A DNA stretch of 64,000 bases, from the IMG/VR virus record IMGVR_UViG_3300021255_004000, positions 32,001-96,000 of that record; one strand, 5' to 3'. The position numbers and the translations under genes were made by a program. Position 1 is the first letter of the stretch, and the number at the start of each line of letters is the position of its first letter. The DNA is from a virus (taxonomy: Duplodnaviria > Caudoviricetes). The notes under the pieces were generated by a model, which did not search any database, had not been told where the DNA came from, and saw only the letters and a program-made list of their open reading frames with translations. Of this stretch, positions 30,886 through 41,160 are shown piece after piece.

Positions 30886-32013
30886 ATGATTAGATTTACA
30901 GAAGCTGTAAAACAGTATTCAGAAGAGAAGAAGGCAAGAGGAATGTCTTCTGTAGTTACAGGTAAAGAATTGGCAAAGATTCGCCAGCTTTACAAAGAAG
31001 GCAAGTTCAACGAAGAAACTGAACCTGGAAAGAAAGAAGACGACAAGAAAGAAGAGATGACTGAAGCTCAGAAAGCTGAGTATAACAAAACTCTCGAAGA
31101 ATTCCGTGTATACAAAGAAAGCAAAGGTCTTGGCCGTGGCGTTTCAACAAAGCAGAAGAAAATGATCGAAAGAACAATTCTTTGCGGCACAATGACTGCT
31201 CCTGTTTCTCTTGACGAAAACGAAAAGACAATTATCGCTGGTCCTTCAACAAAAGTTGAAGAAGGTAAAGAAACAAAAGCTGAAACAAAAGTTCAGGAAA
31301 ATAAAGAACTCGACAAGAAAGCAATCGTTGCTTCTATCCGCGAAGCTCGCAAGCAGGTTTTCAATGCAAAGAGACTTTTGCAGGAAAATGACTTGATGGG
31401 TGCTGCTGATGCAACACAGGCTGCTGGTGATGCAATCAACTCTGCAGATGCTGCAATCGCTCCTGCTGCTGAAGGTGCTGTTCCTCAGAACATCGTTGAC
31501 GCTGTTTCTGCTATCAAGACATCAGTTGATGATCTTGCAACACAGTGTGGTATTGAATCACCTGTAGATACTGCTGCCGATCCTAACGCAGGTGTTCCTG
31601 CTGTTGATGGTACAATGCAGGATCCTAACGCTGGTGCTGTTGACCCTAACGCTGCTGCCGCAGGTGCTGGTGCTGTTATGGAAAGCACAAAGCTTGACGC
31701 TGCTAAAGCTCGCCTTGCAAAACGCGAAGCTATGTTGAAGAAAGTTCAGGAAGGAACTGATGGTCAGGACGCAATCACACAGGCTATTGCTGCAATGACA
31801 AATCCTCAGGAATTCCACGATATTGACAAGAAAGATTCAGAAGAATTGGTAAAACCAACAACAAAGAAATCTCCTGAAGCTGCAAACACTTGGCCTACTG
31901 TAAAAGGTACATACAAGGAATCAGTTACAGAAAAAATGATTTCTGACCGCATCGCTGAATCTGAAAACGCTTGGGACTTCAATCGTATCCTTCGCGAAGG
32001 CATTCTCGGCTAA
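30886..32013 (+). CDS. Probable head scaffold/internal protein
   Basis: Helical, many L/I-x-E sites; AGGAG RBS before ATG 30886. Confidence 0.5.
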   Translation: MIRFTEAVKQYSEEKKARGMSSVVTGKELAKIRQLYKEGKFNEETEPGKKEDDKKEEMTEAQKAEYNKTLEEFRVYKESKGLGRGVSTKQKKMIERTILCGTMTAPVSLDENEKTIIAGPSTKVEEGKETKAETKVQENKELDKKAIVASIREARKQVFNAKRLLQENDLMGAADATQAAGDAINSADAAIAPAAEGAVPQNIVDAVSAIKTSVDDLATQCGIESPVDTAADPNAGVPAVDGTMQDPNAGAVDPNAAAAGAGAVMESTKLDAAKARLAKREAMLKKVQEGTDGQDAITQAIAAMTNPQEFHDIDKKDSEELVKPTTKKSPEAANTWPTVKGTYKESVTEKMISDRIAESENAWDFNRILREGILG

Positions 32014-32072
32014 TAACACAGGTAGGCGCAAGCCTACCTTTAATTGAAGAACAATCAATAGGAAGGATATAA

Positions 32073-33755
32073 ATGAGCGATTTAGTAACAAAAGATACAC
32101 CTTCAATTCTCGACTCAGAGGATATGGTAGGTGAAGCAAAGCAGGTTATAGATGCTGTTCCTACTGCTGATATTGAAGGAATGCACTCTCCTGAAGAACT
32201 TGCTGAAGCAAGAAACACTTTCTGGAAAGCATATCTTACAAATGGAACAGAACTTCAGGAAGGCAATTTTAACATTGGTTCTTTCTTAAAGAATTACATT
32301 CAGACACACGGTAATGCTGACCTTGATGGAATTATTGCTGCACTTCCTGATGAAAAAGCAGGTCTTTACTACAAGACTCACACAGATGCTCTTCAGCAGA
32401 AAGTAAATGAAATGGTTGCAAAACTCGGCGCACAGGGAACTCCTGTAAACGCAGAACCTCCAAAGCCATTCAGTGTTGATGATTTGACAAACGACTTGGC
32501 AAAGGAACTTGCTGGAAGCGAAGATGAGGTTGACGCTGTTCTTACAGCTGCTGATTCTGCTCAGGATAAGTTTGATACAATCCGCTCTGTAGCAAGAACA
32601 ATTCTTCAGGGTAAAGGTATTAAACACCACGCTTTCATCTACGGTGACCCTGGATGTGGTAAGACATTCTCAGTTAAGGAAGCAATGAAATATGACTTCC
32701 CTAAAGGACCACTTGCAAGAAAAGGATACTCAATTGAGTTTAACGCAGGTGATATTGGTAAAGCTGCATCAGCAATCGTTGCTTTCTTCTACAAAAACAG
32801 ACAGAAAAAAGTAATCATTCTCGATGACTGTGACTCATTCGTTCTTTCAAAGGACCAGGCTATTCAGAACCTTCTTAAAGGTATGTTGGACTTGGACAAC
32901 ACTGAAAAGAACCCTAAGATGATTACAGTTGCTCCACAGATTCGTAAACTTGCATCAAAGATTATTGCTGCAGACAATGAAGCACTTGAAGAAGGTGTTG
33001 AGGTTGAAATCAATCAGAACGCTCTTCGTGAAGGCCGCCTTGCTGTTTCAGTAAACGGTGAAGAAGTTTACAATGAAGAAGCTTCTGCTGAAGATCTTGC
33101 ACAGTTCAAACTTGAAGAAGCTGCTCCTGCAAAGAAAGCAATTCGTGAACACACAGATTATTCTGGACTTGGACTTCTTTTCGAAGGCACAGGTGATGAT
33201 GACGAATGGGAAGATATGTCAGAAGATGATGCTGAAGTTGCTGCTCAGTTCGCTGAACTTGACAACGAAGATCCTGAACAGATTCCTCCAAAATGGCGCT
33301 TCGCTTCAAGATTGATTATGATTTCAAACTTGAAGAAAACTGACTTGAATGACGCTGTACTTTCTCGTACACTTTCATACGAGTTGCGCTTGACTCAGGA
33401 AGAGTTTATGGCTCGTCTTGCTCAGATCTTGCCACATATGTTGACAGATGTTGAAACAGAAGATTCAGCTGAAGTTGTTGAATATGCTAAGGAAGCTGCT
33501 TACGCATACTTGCTTGCTGCTGTTGAACTTGCAAACAAAGGCGGCTCAGTTGGTGGTAAACCTGTTCGTATCGTTGGTAAGCTCCAGTTCCGTATTATCG
33601 CAGAACTTGCTGGTAAATGGATGCAGCGTGCTGACGACTACGCTACAAAGAACAACATTGATGTTAGTGACCGTCTTGCATTGGATAGCATTAACAACGC
33701 AATCAAGAGAAAGTTCTTTATGTATGATGTTATGCCATCATTGATTATCGACTAA
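32073..33755 (+). CDS. AAA+ ATPase with acidic insertions
   Basis: GDPGCGKT, IILDDCD, ISN sensor, LSR arginine finger. Confidence 0.8.
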   Translation: MSDLVTKDTPSILDSEDMVGEAKQVIDAVPTADIEGMHSPEELAEARNTFWKAYLTNGTELQEGNFNIGSFLKNYIQTHGNADLDGIIAALPDEKAGLYYKTHTDALQQKVNEMVAKLGAQGTPVNAEPPKPFSVDDLTNDLAKELAGSEDEVDAVLTAADSAQDKFDTIRSVARTILQGKGIKHHAFIYGDPGCGKTFSVKEAMKYDFPKGPLARKGYSIEFNAGDIGKAASAIVAFFYKNRQKKVIILDDCDSFVLSKDQAIQNLLKGMLDLDNTEKNPKMITVAPQIRKLASKIIAADNEALEEGVEVEINQNALREGRLAVSVNGEEVYNEEASAEDLAQFKLEEAAPAKKAIREHTDYSGLGLLFEGTGDDDEWEDMSEDDAEVAAQFAELDNEDPEQIPPKWRFASRLIMISNLKKTDLNDAVLSRTLSYELRLTQEEFMARLAQILPHMLTDVETEDSAEVVEYAKEAAYAYLLAAVELANKGGSVGGKPVRIVGKLQFRIIAELAGKWMQRADDYATKNNIDVSDRLALDSINNAIKRKFFMYDVMPSLIID

Positions 33756-33806
33756 CTTGAAAAGTTGAAATAAATAAAGGCGAGCTTTTTGCTCGCCTTT
33801 TGTTTT

Positions 33807-34127
33807 TTATTTATCTTTTTCAAACTCTTCAAACGGGAGTTCGGGTTGCTTTGGCTCAGGGTCTCCTATAATAGGAACGAAGCCAATTTTACCAACTTGA
33901 CCTGTTTCCTGAAACTTCATAAGAAGTTCATTCAAACAAGCAATGCAGTAACAGTTTCTATCAAGAACTTTGTTACCTCTTATATCAACTCGAGTTGTTT
34001 CAAACTTTACTGCACTATCGGTAATATCGCCGTGTTTTGAGCAGAAAATTGCAATCTTTTTTAATTCCTTTCCTGCAGGGATTGTAATTGTGTTGAGACT
34101 CTGATAGCTTCTTTTGCTTTCTTCCAT
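33807..34127 (-). CDS. Hypothetical protein (possible Zn-binding)
   Basis: CxxH...CxxC. Confidence 0.55.
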   Translation of the reverse strand: MEESKRSYQSLNTITIPAGKELKKIAIFCSKHGDITDSAVKFETTRVDIRGNKVLDRNCYCIACLNELLMKFQETGQVGKIGFVPIIGDPEPKQPELPFEEFEKDK

Positions 34128-34435
34128 TCTGAATAATCCTCATCAATCATATATTTGCCATCTTTTTCAAAGGCGCCTTCTTTCTTCATTTGCTTATATT
34201 CTTTTGGAGTAAGTTCAACATATTCTTGGCCTTCGTGTTCTTTATAAAATTGTTCACGACTTTTTTGCATATCGTTTAACAACTTCAAAGACCAAAAATA
34301 AACTGTTGTGTATATTCCTACAACAATAAGATATGCAGGAATAAAGATAAAAGGATTCTTTGTCAATAAGAACAAACTTGTGATGGCAATCACAATTAAA
34401 AGTCCTATAAAGAACCTGTTATTTATCTGATACAT
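34061..34435 (-). CDS. Membrane protein (2 TM)
   Basis: Two N-terminal hydrophobic segments. Confidence 0.6.
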   Translation of the reverse strand: MYQINNRFFIGLLIVIAITSLFLLTKNPFIFIPAYLIVVGIYTTVYFWSLKLLNDMQKSREQFYKEHEGQEYVELTPKEYKQMKKEGAFEKDGKYMIDEDYSEWKKAKEAIRVSTQLQSLQERN

Positions 34436-34853
34436 CTCTCTCCATTAAAGCAATTTCAAGCTTCTGAATGCCAATCTTGATTTTGTCATAATCAATTTCA
34501 TTACCAAAAAGAATTACATCTTTAGGTAAGTCACCTGCTTTAATAAGCTCGTAAATGTAATGTGGCGCATACCCAACTGCTTCATCGTGTGTTCGGCAAA
34601 TCATTGGTGATGCAAACTCAAAAGGAATAACAGTTTCCTTCTTAAGTAAACCAACTTTTACAGTACGCTTATAAATAATTCTTACCTGCCAATACTCTGT
34701 CTTGAGTCGTTCAGCAGGTTTTGCAATGGCTTGTCCATACTGAAATAAGTCAGAACCTGGGACCTGCCATTCCTTCATTCTTTGACTACTGTTTACCATC
34801 ATTACTCCTGCGTTAACTGCTTTTTCACTATGTATTTTATGGGTTGCTCCCAT
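34419..34853 (-). CDS. Hypothetical protein
   Basis: 144-aa ORF coupled to groEL. Confidence 0.6.
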   Translation of the reverse strand: MGATHKIHSEKAVNAGVMMVNSSQRMKEWQVPGSDLFQYGQAIAKPAERLKTEYWQVRIIYKRTVKVGLLKKETVIPFEFASPMICRTHDEAVGYAPHYIYELIKAGDLPKDVILFGNEIDYDKIKIGIQKLEIALMERDVSDK

Positions 34854-36562
34854 TACTGAATATCTCCATAGCTGAAGTCTGTTCTTTCAGATATTTCATC
34901 ATTTGCTGTCAAACTGATGTTTTCAAGTTCATCAGTTATGATACATTCTGTTGTAATAAAAATGCCTGCAACTGAAGTTGAATAAGCGAGTGCTGTCTTT
35001 TCAACTTTTACTGGGTCAATGATACCTGCTTTGAACATATCTTTTTCAATGCGTTCAGCTTTTGCATCATATCCATATTCTTTTTTACTGTTGTGTTCAA
35101 TATCAGAGATAATGTAAGCATAATCAGTTGATACTGATTGAATAATCAATGTTGCTGGAATGCGGCAAATATCAAGCATCATTTCATAGCCTGCACGATA
35201 TGAATCATTTGGATAGTCGCGAATCTCATTGCGAAGGTCTCTTGCTGCCTTCAATAAAGTACAACCACCGCCTGGGACAATGCCATCAGAAATAGCTGCT
35301 TGTACTGCGTGAATTGCATCTTCATAGCGGTCTCTTAATTCTTTAATACGAGTTGCAGATAAACCACCAACATAAATAGTTGCCATACCGCCAGTAAGAC
35401 GAGCAATACGCTTACGCATAACTGATATTTCTTCCTCAGAGATTCCCAAGTTTTTGTCTGCCTGTCCTTTTTTGATTTCTTCTTCAATTTCATCTGCACG
35501 AGCTTGAATAGCGTCATCGTCACCAGCTCCGCCTTGAAGAATTGTCTTAAACTTTGAAGATGAAATGCGTTCACATCTACCAAAAGGACCTGCATCCTTC
35601 TGATCTTCAATCTTCTTCATTTCAGTTACAAAATCTTTAATGTCGTCAGGATGTTCCACAACTTTTGTACCCAACATAACTGCAAGATCTTTCAACTGCT
35701 CTTCCTGATTATATGCTCCAACACCAGGTGCACCAATACAAGCAAACTTGCACTGTCTTGTAACAACCATATTTACACACATTGAAACAACTGCTTCATC
35801 ATACTCAGGAGCAATCATTACAATGTTTCTGCCTTTTGCAATACAGTAATTCAAGATGTCTTTCAAGTCTTCAAGAACAGGAGAGAAACCAAGAATTAAA
35901 ATGTTTGCATTTTCAAGTTCAAACTTTTCAGTTCTTTTATCTGTTGCAAAGCGGCCATCTTCAATTCCTCTAGGGAACTCAAGCCCATCAGTAAACTCAA
36001 TAGTTGTTTCTTTTGATTTTGTATGAGAATCCTGAAGGTCAACGATACCGCCTTCGCCAATCATTGAGAATGCCTGATGTACAACGCCACCAACAACTGG
36101 GTCATTGTTAGCAGAAATTGTTGCGATTGATAAAATGTCTTTATCACTTCTTACAGACATCTTGTAATTATCAATCTTTTCAATTAAGTCAGCACAAGCA
36201 GCATCCATACCTTTCTGTAGCTCTGTTGGCTGCTTTCCTGCAGCAACAAGTTTAACACCTGCTTTACACATTTCTGACGACAAAAGAACTGTCGTTGTCG
36301 TACCGTCACCAGCAACTGCGTTTGTATTTTCGGCTGCCTCTTTAATCATTGAAGCGCCTGTATTCATATAAGGATTTGAAAACTTAATTTCACGAGCAAC
36401 TGATACACCGTCTTTCGTGATAACAGGATGTGAAGTGCGTCTATCAAAACAAACATTGCGTCCTCTAGGACCTAATGTTGAAATAACTGCTTGTTCGAGG
36501 AGTGAGATACCTTCAAGCATCTTATCACGAGCTTCACTACCAAAGAGTAATCGTTTACCCAA
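34853..36562 (-). CDS. groEL: Phage GroEL-like chaperonin
   Basis: TLGPRGRNV, ITKDGVSVA, GDGTTT, GIVPGGG, GIIDP; TTG start after GGAGG. Confidence 0.95.
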   Translation of the reverse strand: MGKRLLFGSEARDKMLEGISLLEQAVISTLGPRGRNVCFDRRTSHPVITKDGVSVAREIKFSNPYMNTGASMIKEAAENTNAVAGDGTTTTVLLSSEMCKAGVKLVAAGKQPTELQKGMDAACADLIEKIDNYKMSVRSDKDILSIATISANNDPVVGGVVHQAFSMIGEGGIVDLQDSHTKSKETTIEFTDGLEFPRGIEDGRFATDKRTEKFELENANILILGFSPVLEDLKDILNYCIAKGRNIVMIAPEYDEAVVSMCVNMVVTRQCKFACIGAPGVGAYNQEEQLKDLAVMLGTKVVEHPDDIKDFVTEMKKIEDQKDAGPFGRCERISSSKFKTILQGGAGDDDAIQARADEIEEEIKKGQADKNLGISEEEISVMRKRIARLTGGMATIYVGGLSATRIKELRDRYEDAIHAVQAAISDGIVPGGGCTLLKAARDLRNEIRDYPNDSYRAGYEMMLDICRIPATLIIQSVSTDYAYIISDIEHNSKKEYGYDAKAERIEKDMFKAGIIDPVKVEKTALAYSTSVAGIFITTECIITDELENISLTANDEISERTDFSYGDIQ

Positions 36563-36579
36563 AATAAACCTCCAATTTA

Positions 36580-36966
36580 TTATTTAGTCAGCTTTTCAAT
36601 TTCTGAGTCAAACGCCTGTCTTTCATCAGACAAGTCCATATAGTGTTTTGCCGCTGTCTTTGTACCTGCGTCCAAAGCGTGTTCTTTGACTTTGTTTTTA
36701 ATTGCTTCATATCTTTCTTGAACTTCATCAAGTTCAGCTTTGATACTTGCTTGTATTTCAAGCAATTTCAACTCTTCTTGAAAGCCTTTACAATTTTGTT
36801 TGCACTTTAAGCGGAAAACTCCGCCTTCAGAGTATTGTTCTTGCTGACTGCCACAGAATGGACAGTATGTGTGTTCATCATCTTCATAGTATTGAATTGC
36901 AGATATTCTTGCACGGGTACCTGCAGTAAATACTTGTCTTTGAATGTATTCTTTAGGATCGTTCAT
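36580..36966 (-). CDS. Hypothetical Zn-ribbon/coiled-coil protein
   Basis: CPFC...CxxxC then coiled coil. Confidence 0.55.
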   Translation of the reverse strand: MNDPKEYIQRQVFTAGTRARISAIQYYEDDEHTYCPFCGSQQEQYSEGGVFRLKCKQNCKGFQEELKLLEIQASIKAELDEVQERYEAIKNKVKEHALDAGTKTAAKHYMDLSDERQAFDSEIEKLTK

Positions 36967-37031
36967 ATTGATATATTAACTATAAAGGCAACCTTCATTA
37001 GGTTGCCTACTTTTTAATTCTGACTTTTTAA

Positions 37032-38087
37032 TTATCTGTTTTTACTTCTTATTAAGTTTACCTTAATCATTTTTACTTGTTCAGCAAGATTGAGAACTGC
37101 ACCCTGAGTATCTTCAGATTCACGAATTGCTTTTGCAGCGTCTCCGCCAAACTTTCTTGCAAGATGTTCAACAAGTTCATTGCCAAAGCCAATCTCATCA
37201 TAAGACAAAGTGTTCAACTCATCTTCAAACTCATTGTCAACATCATTTGATATGTCAGAATATGTTACGCCGTAAAGATCATATTCATCATTTTGTTCTT
37301 CGGTTGTTACATCATCATCTTCCCAGTCAAGGTCATCCTGTGAAAGATCATTGTACATATTTTCTGCTTCTTCTTTTGCAATTTCAAACTCAGTTTGCAA
37401 GCGGTCAATAATCTTTTCTTTAGGCTCGCCATTTTCAATCATATCCATACAGTCTTCAACTGCATCTTCACGATGGTCAGGACCCATTCCATAATCAGTT
37501 GTTGGCTGTAAATATTCAGCATCTTTGCCAAACTCAACTTCCATTTCTTTCAAAATGTTTTCTTGAATTGCTTTATTATTGAACAACTTTTCAGGAGCAA
37601 TGCCCTTAATATTAAGATTCTCTCCTAATTTTTTATTATCATCGTCGCTGTTTTCTTTTTTGTATTTTTCGAGAGCATCGTCCTGCTTAATGTTGCCTGC
37701 ATCAATTTCTTGTTCAAGAGATTGTCCAATGATCTTACTTTTAATTGTTGACTGAAGTTCATCACTGTCAGCTTTCTGAGCATCACTGTCCAAAGCTCTT
37801 AACTGGTCTGTCAAAGCCTTTGAAACTTTATCTTCATCGTGTGCATCAGTAATTGCAGCAAGGTCATATTCACCAAGAATATCACCAATCTTCTGTTCTA
37901 TATCTTCTTTAATTAAGCGGCCAACTCTTTTGACAAGTTTAAGTTCAGACAACTTTATTGCCTTGTTGTTACTATTAACAACATACTTAATGCCGTTGCG
38001 AGACTTTACATATCCTTCAAAAATCTCATCTTTCTTTGTATAAGCTGAAATCTCTTGTCCCTCTTGATACTTTGAAAGTCCTATCAT
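37032..38087 (-). CDS. Acidic hypothetical protein (possible head internal protein)
   Basis: 351-aa ORF, LxE sites. Confidence 0.6.
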   Translation of the reverse strand: MIGLSKYQEGQEISAYTKKDEIFEGYVKSRNGIKYVVNSNNKAIKLSELKLVKRVGRLIKEDIEQKIGDILGEYDLAAITDAHDEDKVSKALTDQLRALDSDAQKADSDELQSTIKSKIIGQSLEQEIDAGNIKQDDALEKYKKENSDDDNKKLGENLNIKGIAPEKLFNNKAIQENILKEMEVEFGKDAEYLQPTTDYGMGPDHREDAVEDCMDMIENGEPKEKIIDRLQTEFEIAKEEAENMYNDLSQDDLDWEDDDVTTEEQNDEYDLYGVTYSDISNDVDNEFEDELNTLSYDEIGFGNELVEHLARKFGGDAAKAIRESEDTQGAVLNLAEQVKMIKVNLIRSKNR

Positions 38088-38107
38088 TATATATCCTCGT
38101 TATCTAA

Positions 38108-38926
38108 TTAGTTGTTGAAATGTTGATAACAAAGATCGAGACATTTCTTAAATCTTTCTTTTGGACGATACGCTGGAAGCTTATTTTTGCCATAAAGTCC
38201 TTTATTGCAACTTTCATCAGGTGGCAACATTCCATTCATTAAGAAGAATGAGTTGCGATAATTATTATACCAAACACCGTTCCAACCATAAAACCAATAA
38301 GGATTTCTTTTTGTGTAAAAGCCATAACCAACATTATAAATTATGTACATTTCAGTCCAAGAAGTTGCAACTGTTCTGAATTGACTGAAATACCAAGTAC
38401 CAACATCAATATTGACATAAATGTTGTACATATCTTCAAGAGTGTACTTTGTGTTATGTACTTTATTATAATCTTCAATAGCATAAGAAGAAACCTGCAT
38501 TAAGCCTTTGCAGTTAAAGCAAGAGCTTGCTTTATAGTTTACCATCATTACATTTGAGGATGTAATATCTTCAGTTCTATGCTTACCACTTTCTGTTGCG
38601 ATAATTGCATAAATAACATAATGGGGTATTTGATACTTAGCTGATGCAAGATTAACTGCGTGAGCAATATCAACTGCATATTCTTCCTGACATATTGCAA
38701 TCGACTTCTCAAGTACTGTAGGAATTACAACTTCAATTGGTTTTTCATCAAGTTCTTTTTCGATTGATGTTTGTGGTGGAATTTTTTGCTTTGCATAAAC
38801 TTTTGAACACAAGCAGCCTATCAATAAAAAGACTGCAGCCCAAATAATTATACAAGCAATTCTGAGTACTTTTACATAACTTTGGGACTCTGCAGGCATT
38901 TCACCACATAAATTTTTACTAAACAT
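38108..38926 (-). CDS. Lytic transglycosylase (SLT) with N-terminal TM anchor
   Basis: AIIATES, GLMQV, YNVG motifs. Confidence 0.85.
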   Translation of the reverse strand: MFSKNLCGEMPAESQSYVKVLRIACIIIWAAVFLLIGCLCSKVYAKQKIPPQTSIEKELDEKPIEVVIPTVLEKSIAICQEEYAVDIAHAVNLASAKYQIPHYVIYAIIATESGKHRTEDITSSNVMMVNYKASSCFNCKGLMQVSSYAIEDYNKVHNTKYTLEDMYNIYVNIDVGTWYFSQFRTVATSWTEMYIIYNVGYGFYTKRNPYWFYGWNGVWYNNYRNSFFLMNGMLPPDESCNKGLYGKNKLPAYRPKERFKKCLDLCYQHFNN

Positions 38927-38935
38927 TTTAGCCTC

Positions 38936-39376
38936 TTACCACCAAGACATTACATCTTTTTTCTTGGTGTCCTCTTTTTGTTCGGCCATTGCGTGATAAA
39001 GATCTTCATAATCAATGTCTTCATCATATGACCAAGTTTTCTTATAGCGAACCCTAACCCACCAATACCATTGTTCATTTTGGGTCATAGGCTTATTTGT
39101 TAAAGGGTGAATAAGATTATCAAGATGAGTATGATGCCATCTGCACATACAGTAAACATTTGTTGGATCATAAGTCAATGTTACATTATTACCAACAGGA
39201 AGAACATGTGCGTGATCTATTTGTTGCAACATTTGATAAGGTGGACTTAACTCTTCTTGTTGTTTAACCTCCGATGGCAAAAGAATTGCACAACATCTGC
39301 AAAATCGTTGGTCACGAACATCAACTATTGCTTTTGTCTTTTGCCATTCAGCGTCTTCTGAACTTCTTCTATGCAT
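38936..39376 (-). CDS. HNH-like nuclease
   Basis: RD..CRCC...DHAH...N..CMCRWHH. Confidence 0.6.
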   Translation of the reverse strand: MHRRSSEDAEWQKTKAIVDVRDQRFCRCCAILLPSEVKQQEELSPPYQMLQQIDHAHVLPVGNNVTLTYDPTNVYCMCRWHHTHLDNLIHPLTNKPMTQNEQWYWWVRVRYKKTWSYDEDIDYEDLYHAMAEQKEDTKKKDVMSWW

Positions 39377-39794
39377 TTTCTTTAAAGTAGAAATACGGAC
39401 TTACATCAGTATCTTTTTCAAATCCAAGTTTTGTATAAAAGCCTTCGTTTTTGTCTTCTGCATACAATGTTACATAAGGCATTGAACAATACTCTTTCAT
39501 AAACTCATTTAATACTAAAGAACCGAATCCTAGTCTACGATAATTTATATTAACTTCGAAAGAAGAAATATGATCAGAATTGAAAGATTCTTCTTTGCGG
39601 AATCCAATAACAGCCATAGGAACAACACCATCTTCTGTTTCATATTCAGCAACGCACCACTTTATCCATTCATCATCAAGATAGCAGGGGTCTTTTTCAA
39701 ACTGCTCCATAACAAGTTCAAAGCAAGTTGTCAGACCCTGCTCAAAATAGTATGCAAGGAACTCCTCACAAGTATTGAAAAACTTAAAGTTCAT
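39369..39794 (-). CDS. GNAT acetyltransferase
   Basis: V...YRRLGFGSLVL and FYTKLGF motifs. Confidence 0.8.
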   Translation of the reverse strand: MNFKFFNTCEEFLAYYFEQGLTTCFELVMEQFEKDPCYLDDEWIKWCVAEYETEDGVVPMAVIGFRKEESFNSDHISSFEVNINYRRLGFGSLVLNEFMKEYCSMPYVTLYAEDKNEGFYTKLGFEKDTDVSPYFYFKENA

Positions 39795-40288
39795 TATTTG
39801 ATACCTGCCTCACCAAGTACTTTTTGGATTGACTTGAAGAACCAATCAAGCTCACTCGGTTTTACTTTTGCAAAGCCATTTACTTCAGGTCTTTCTCTTC
39901 CATAGCCATCTGTAAATGTTGAATCACAATGTAGTGTTTTAAGATCTGGGATTTCAGTAACAAGTCTGAACAAGTGGATGTTTTTGTAAGATGTATACTT
40001 AAACTCCCCAAGATCCTCAATCTTATCTTTGAACTGAGACGCATCGAAGCCAGTCTCTTCACGACATTCACGAATTGCTGCATCAACTGCATCTGCATCT
40101 GTTGTGTTCAAATGTCCTTTTGGTAAGTCATAAGTTGTCTTACCCCAACCTTTTCCTGTAGAGTGACAAGCAAGTATTTCACCTGCTTCATTTTGAACTA
40201 TTAAAGCACAAGATATTTCCTTTCCATCATTTGAAAGAACATATTGTTCATCTTCACCTTCAATAAGTTTGAATAAGCTTTCCTTCAT
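39794..40288 (-). CDS. Nudix hydrolase
   Basis: LPKG...AAIRECREETG Nudix box. Confidence 0.9.
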   Translation of the reverse strand: MKESLFKLIEGEDEQYVLSNDGKEISCALIVQNEAGEILACHSTGKGWGKTTYDLPKGHLNTTDADAVDAAIRECREETGFDASQFKDKIEDLGEFKYTSYKNIHLFRLVTEIPDLKTLHCDSTFTDGYGRERPEVNGFAKVKPSELDWFFKSIQKVLGEAGIK

Positions 40289-40327
40289 AATATAATTAGT
40301 CATACTAATCAATAATGGAGGACCAAA

Positions 40328-41125
40328 ATGAGAAAAGAAAACGGTCTTATTATTTTTGAATGTGACAAAGACGAAAATGGAAAAGAGATTCTCAACTCAT
40401 CACAGAGAAACAATCAACTTGTTTGGCCATCAGTAAAGAGTAAGCCAAAAGCACAGTATCGAACAGATTGGTCGAATATGTGTAATGTAACATCAATGGT
40501 AATGGGTCTTGAATATGCAGGCTTTACATTCCCAGACGGACCTTACAATCAGCCTGAAGACAACCTTGGCCTTTTCATTTTGACAGACAAAGAGCTTCTT
40601 GAGAAATGGAAGAAACAAGCCCCTGCACAATATGACTTATTCGTCAAGTCTCAGGATGGAAAACTTACAAAAGACCAAGTTAACAAGTATCTTTACTTCC
40701 CAACAGAGTTGCACGACTATTTGAGCTTAGGCGTAAATAGATGGCTTGGTACAAGAGCGACAAAGTTTACAACATCGTTAAGTTTTAAGAAGTTTCTTGA
40801 ACTTGAGATGGTTTTTGGAAACTCGCCTATTGTAATTTCAACAACTTTTGGGGGCTTTGGTCATATTGTTTGTTGCACAGGTGTTGCATATAAAGATGGA
40901 ACTGTGTTCAGCGATAAAGAAGAACTTCCAGGACCTACACCTGAAGGTATTTATGTTGATGATCCTTGGGGAAAGTACAACCCAGCTACAAATAAGTATG
41001 ATGCTCCTAATGGTGGCAATGACATATTTATTCCTTGGGATGTTGTTGTAAAGAGGGTTAAACCTGCCAACTCAGAAGATGTAAAATGGATGCATTTGTT
41101 CTATCACGGACTTGCAGCAGTATAA
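40328..41125 (+). CDS. Peptidase C39-like cysteine peptidase
   Basis: MCNVTS, GHIV, VDDPWG triad pattern. Confidence 0.7.
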   Translation: MRKENGLIIFECDKDENGKEILNSSQRNNQLVWPSVKSKPKAQYRTDWSNMCNVTSMVMGLEYAGFTFPDGPYNQPEDNLGLFILTDKELLEKWKKQAPAQYDLFVKSQDGKLTKDQVNKYLYFPTELHDYLSLGVNRWLGTRATKFTTSLSFKKFLELEMVFGNSPIVISTTFGGFGHIVCCTGVAYKDGTVFSDKEELPGPTPEGIYVDDPWGKYNPATNKYDAPNGGNDIFIPWDVVVKRVKPANSEDVKWMHLFYHGLAAV

Positions 41126-41160
41126 ATTAAAAAGGCGGGCAATTTGCCCGCCTTACTTTT

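Noticed and set aside
39616-39630. TAGGAAC matches inside CDSs (also near 20318, 33872, 53878)
   Set aside because: They lack the complementary arm and bulge; chance matches in coding sequence.
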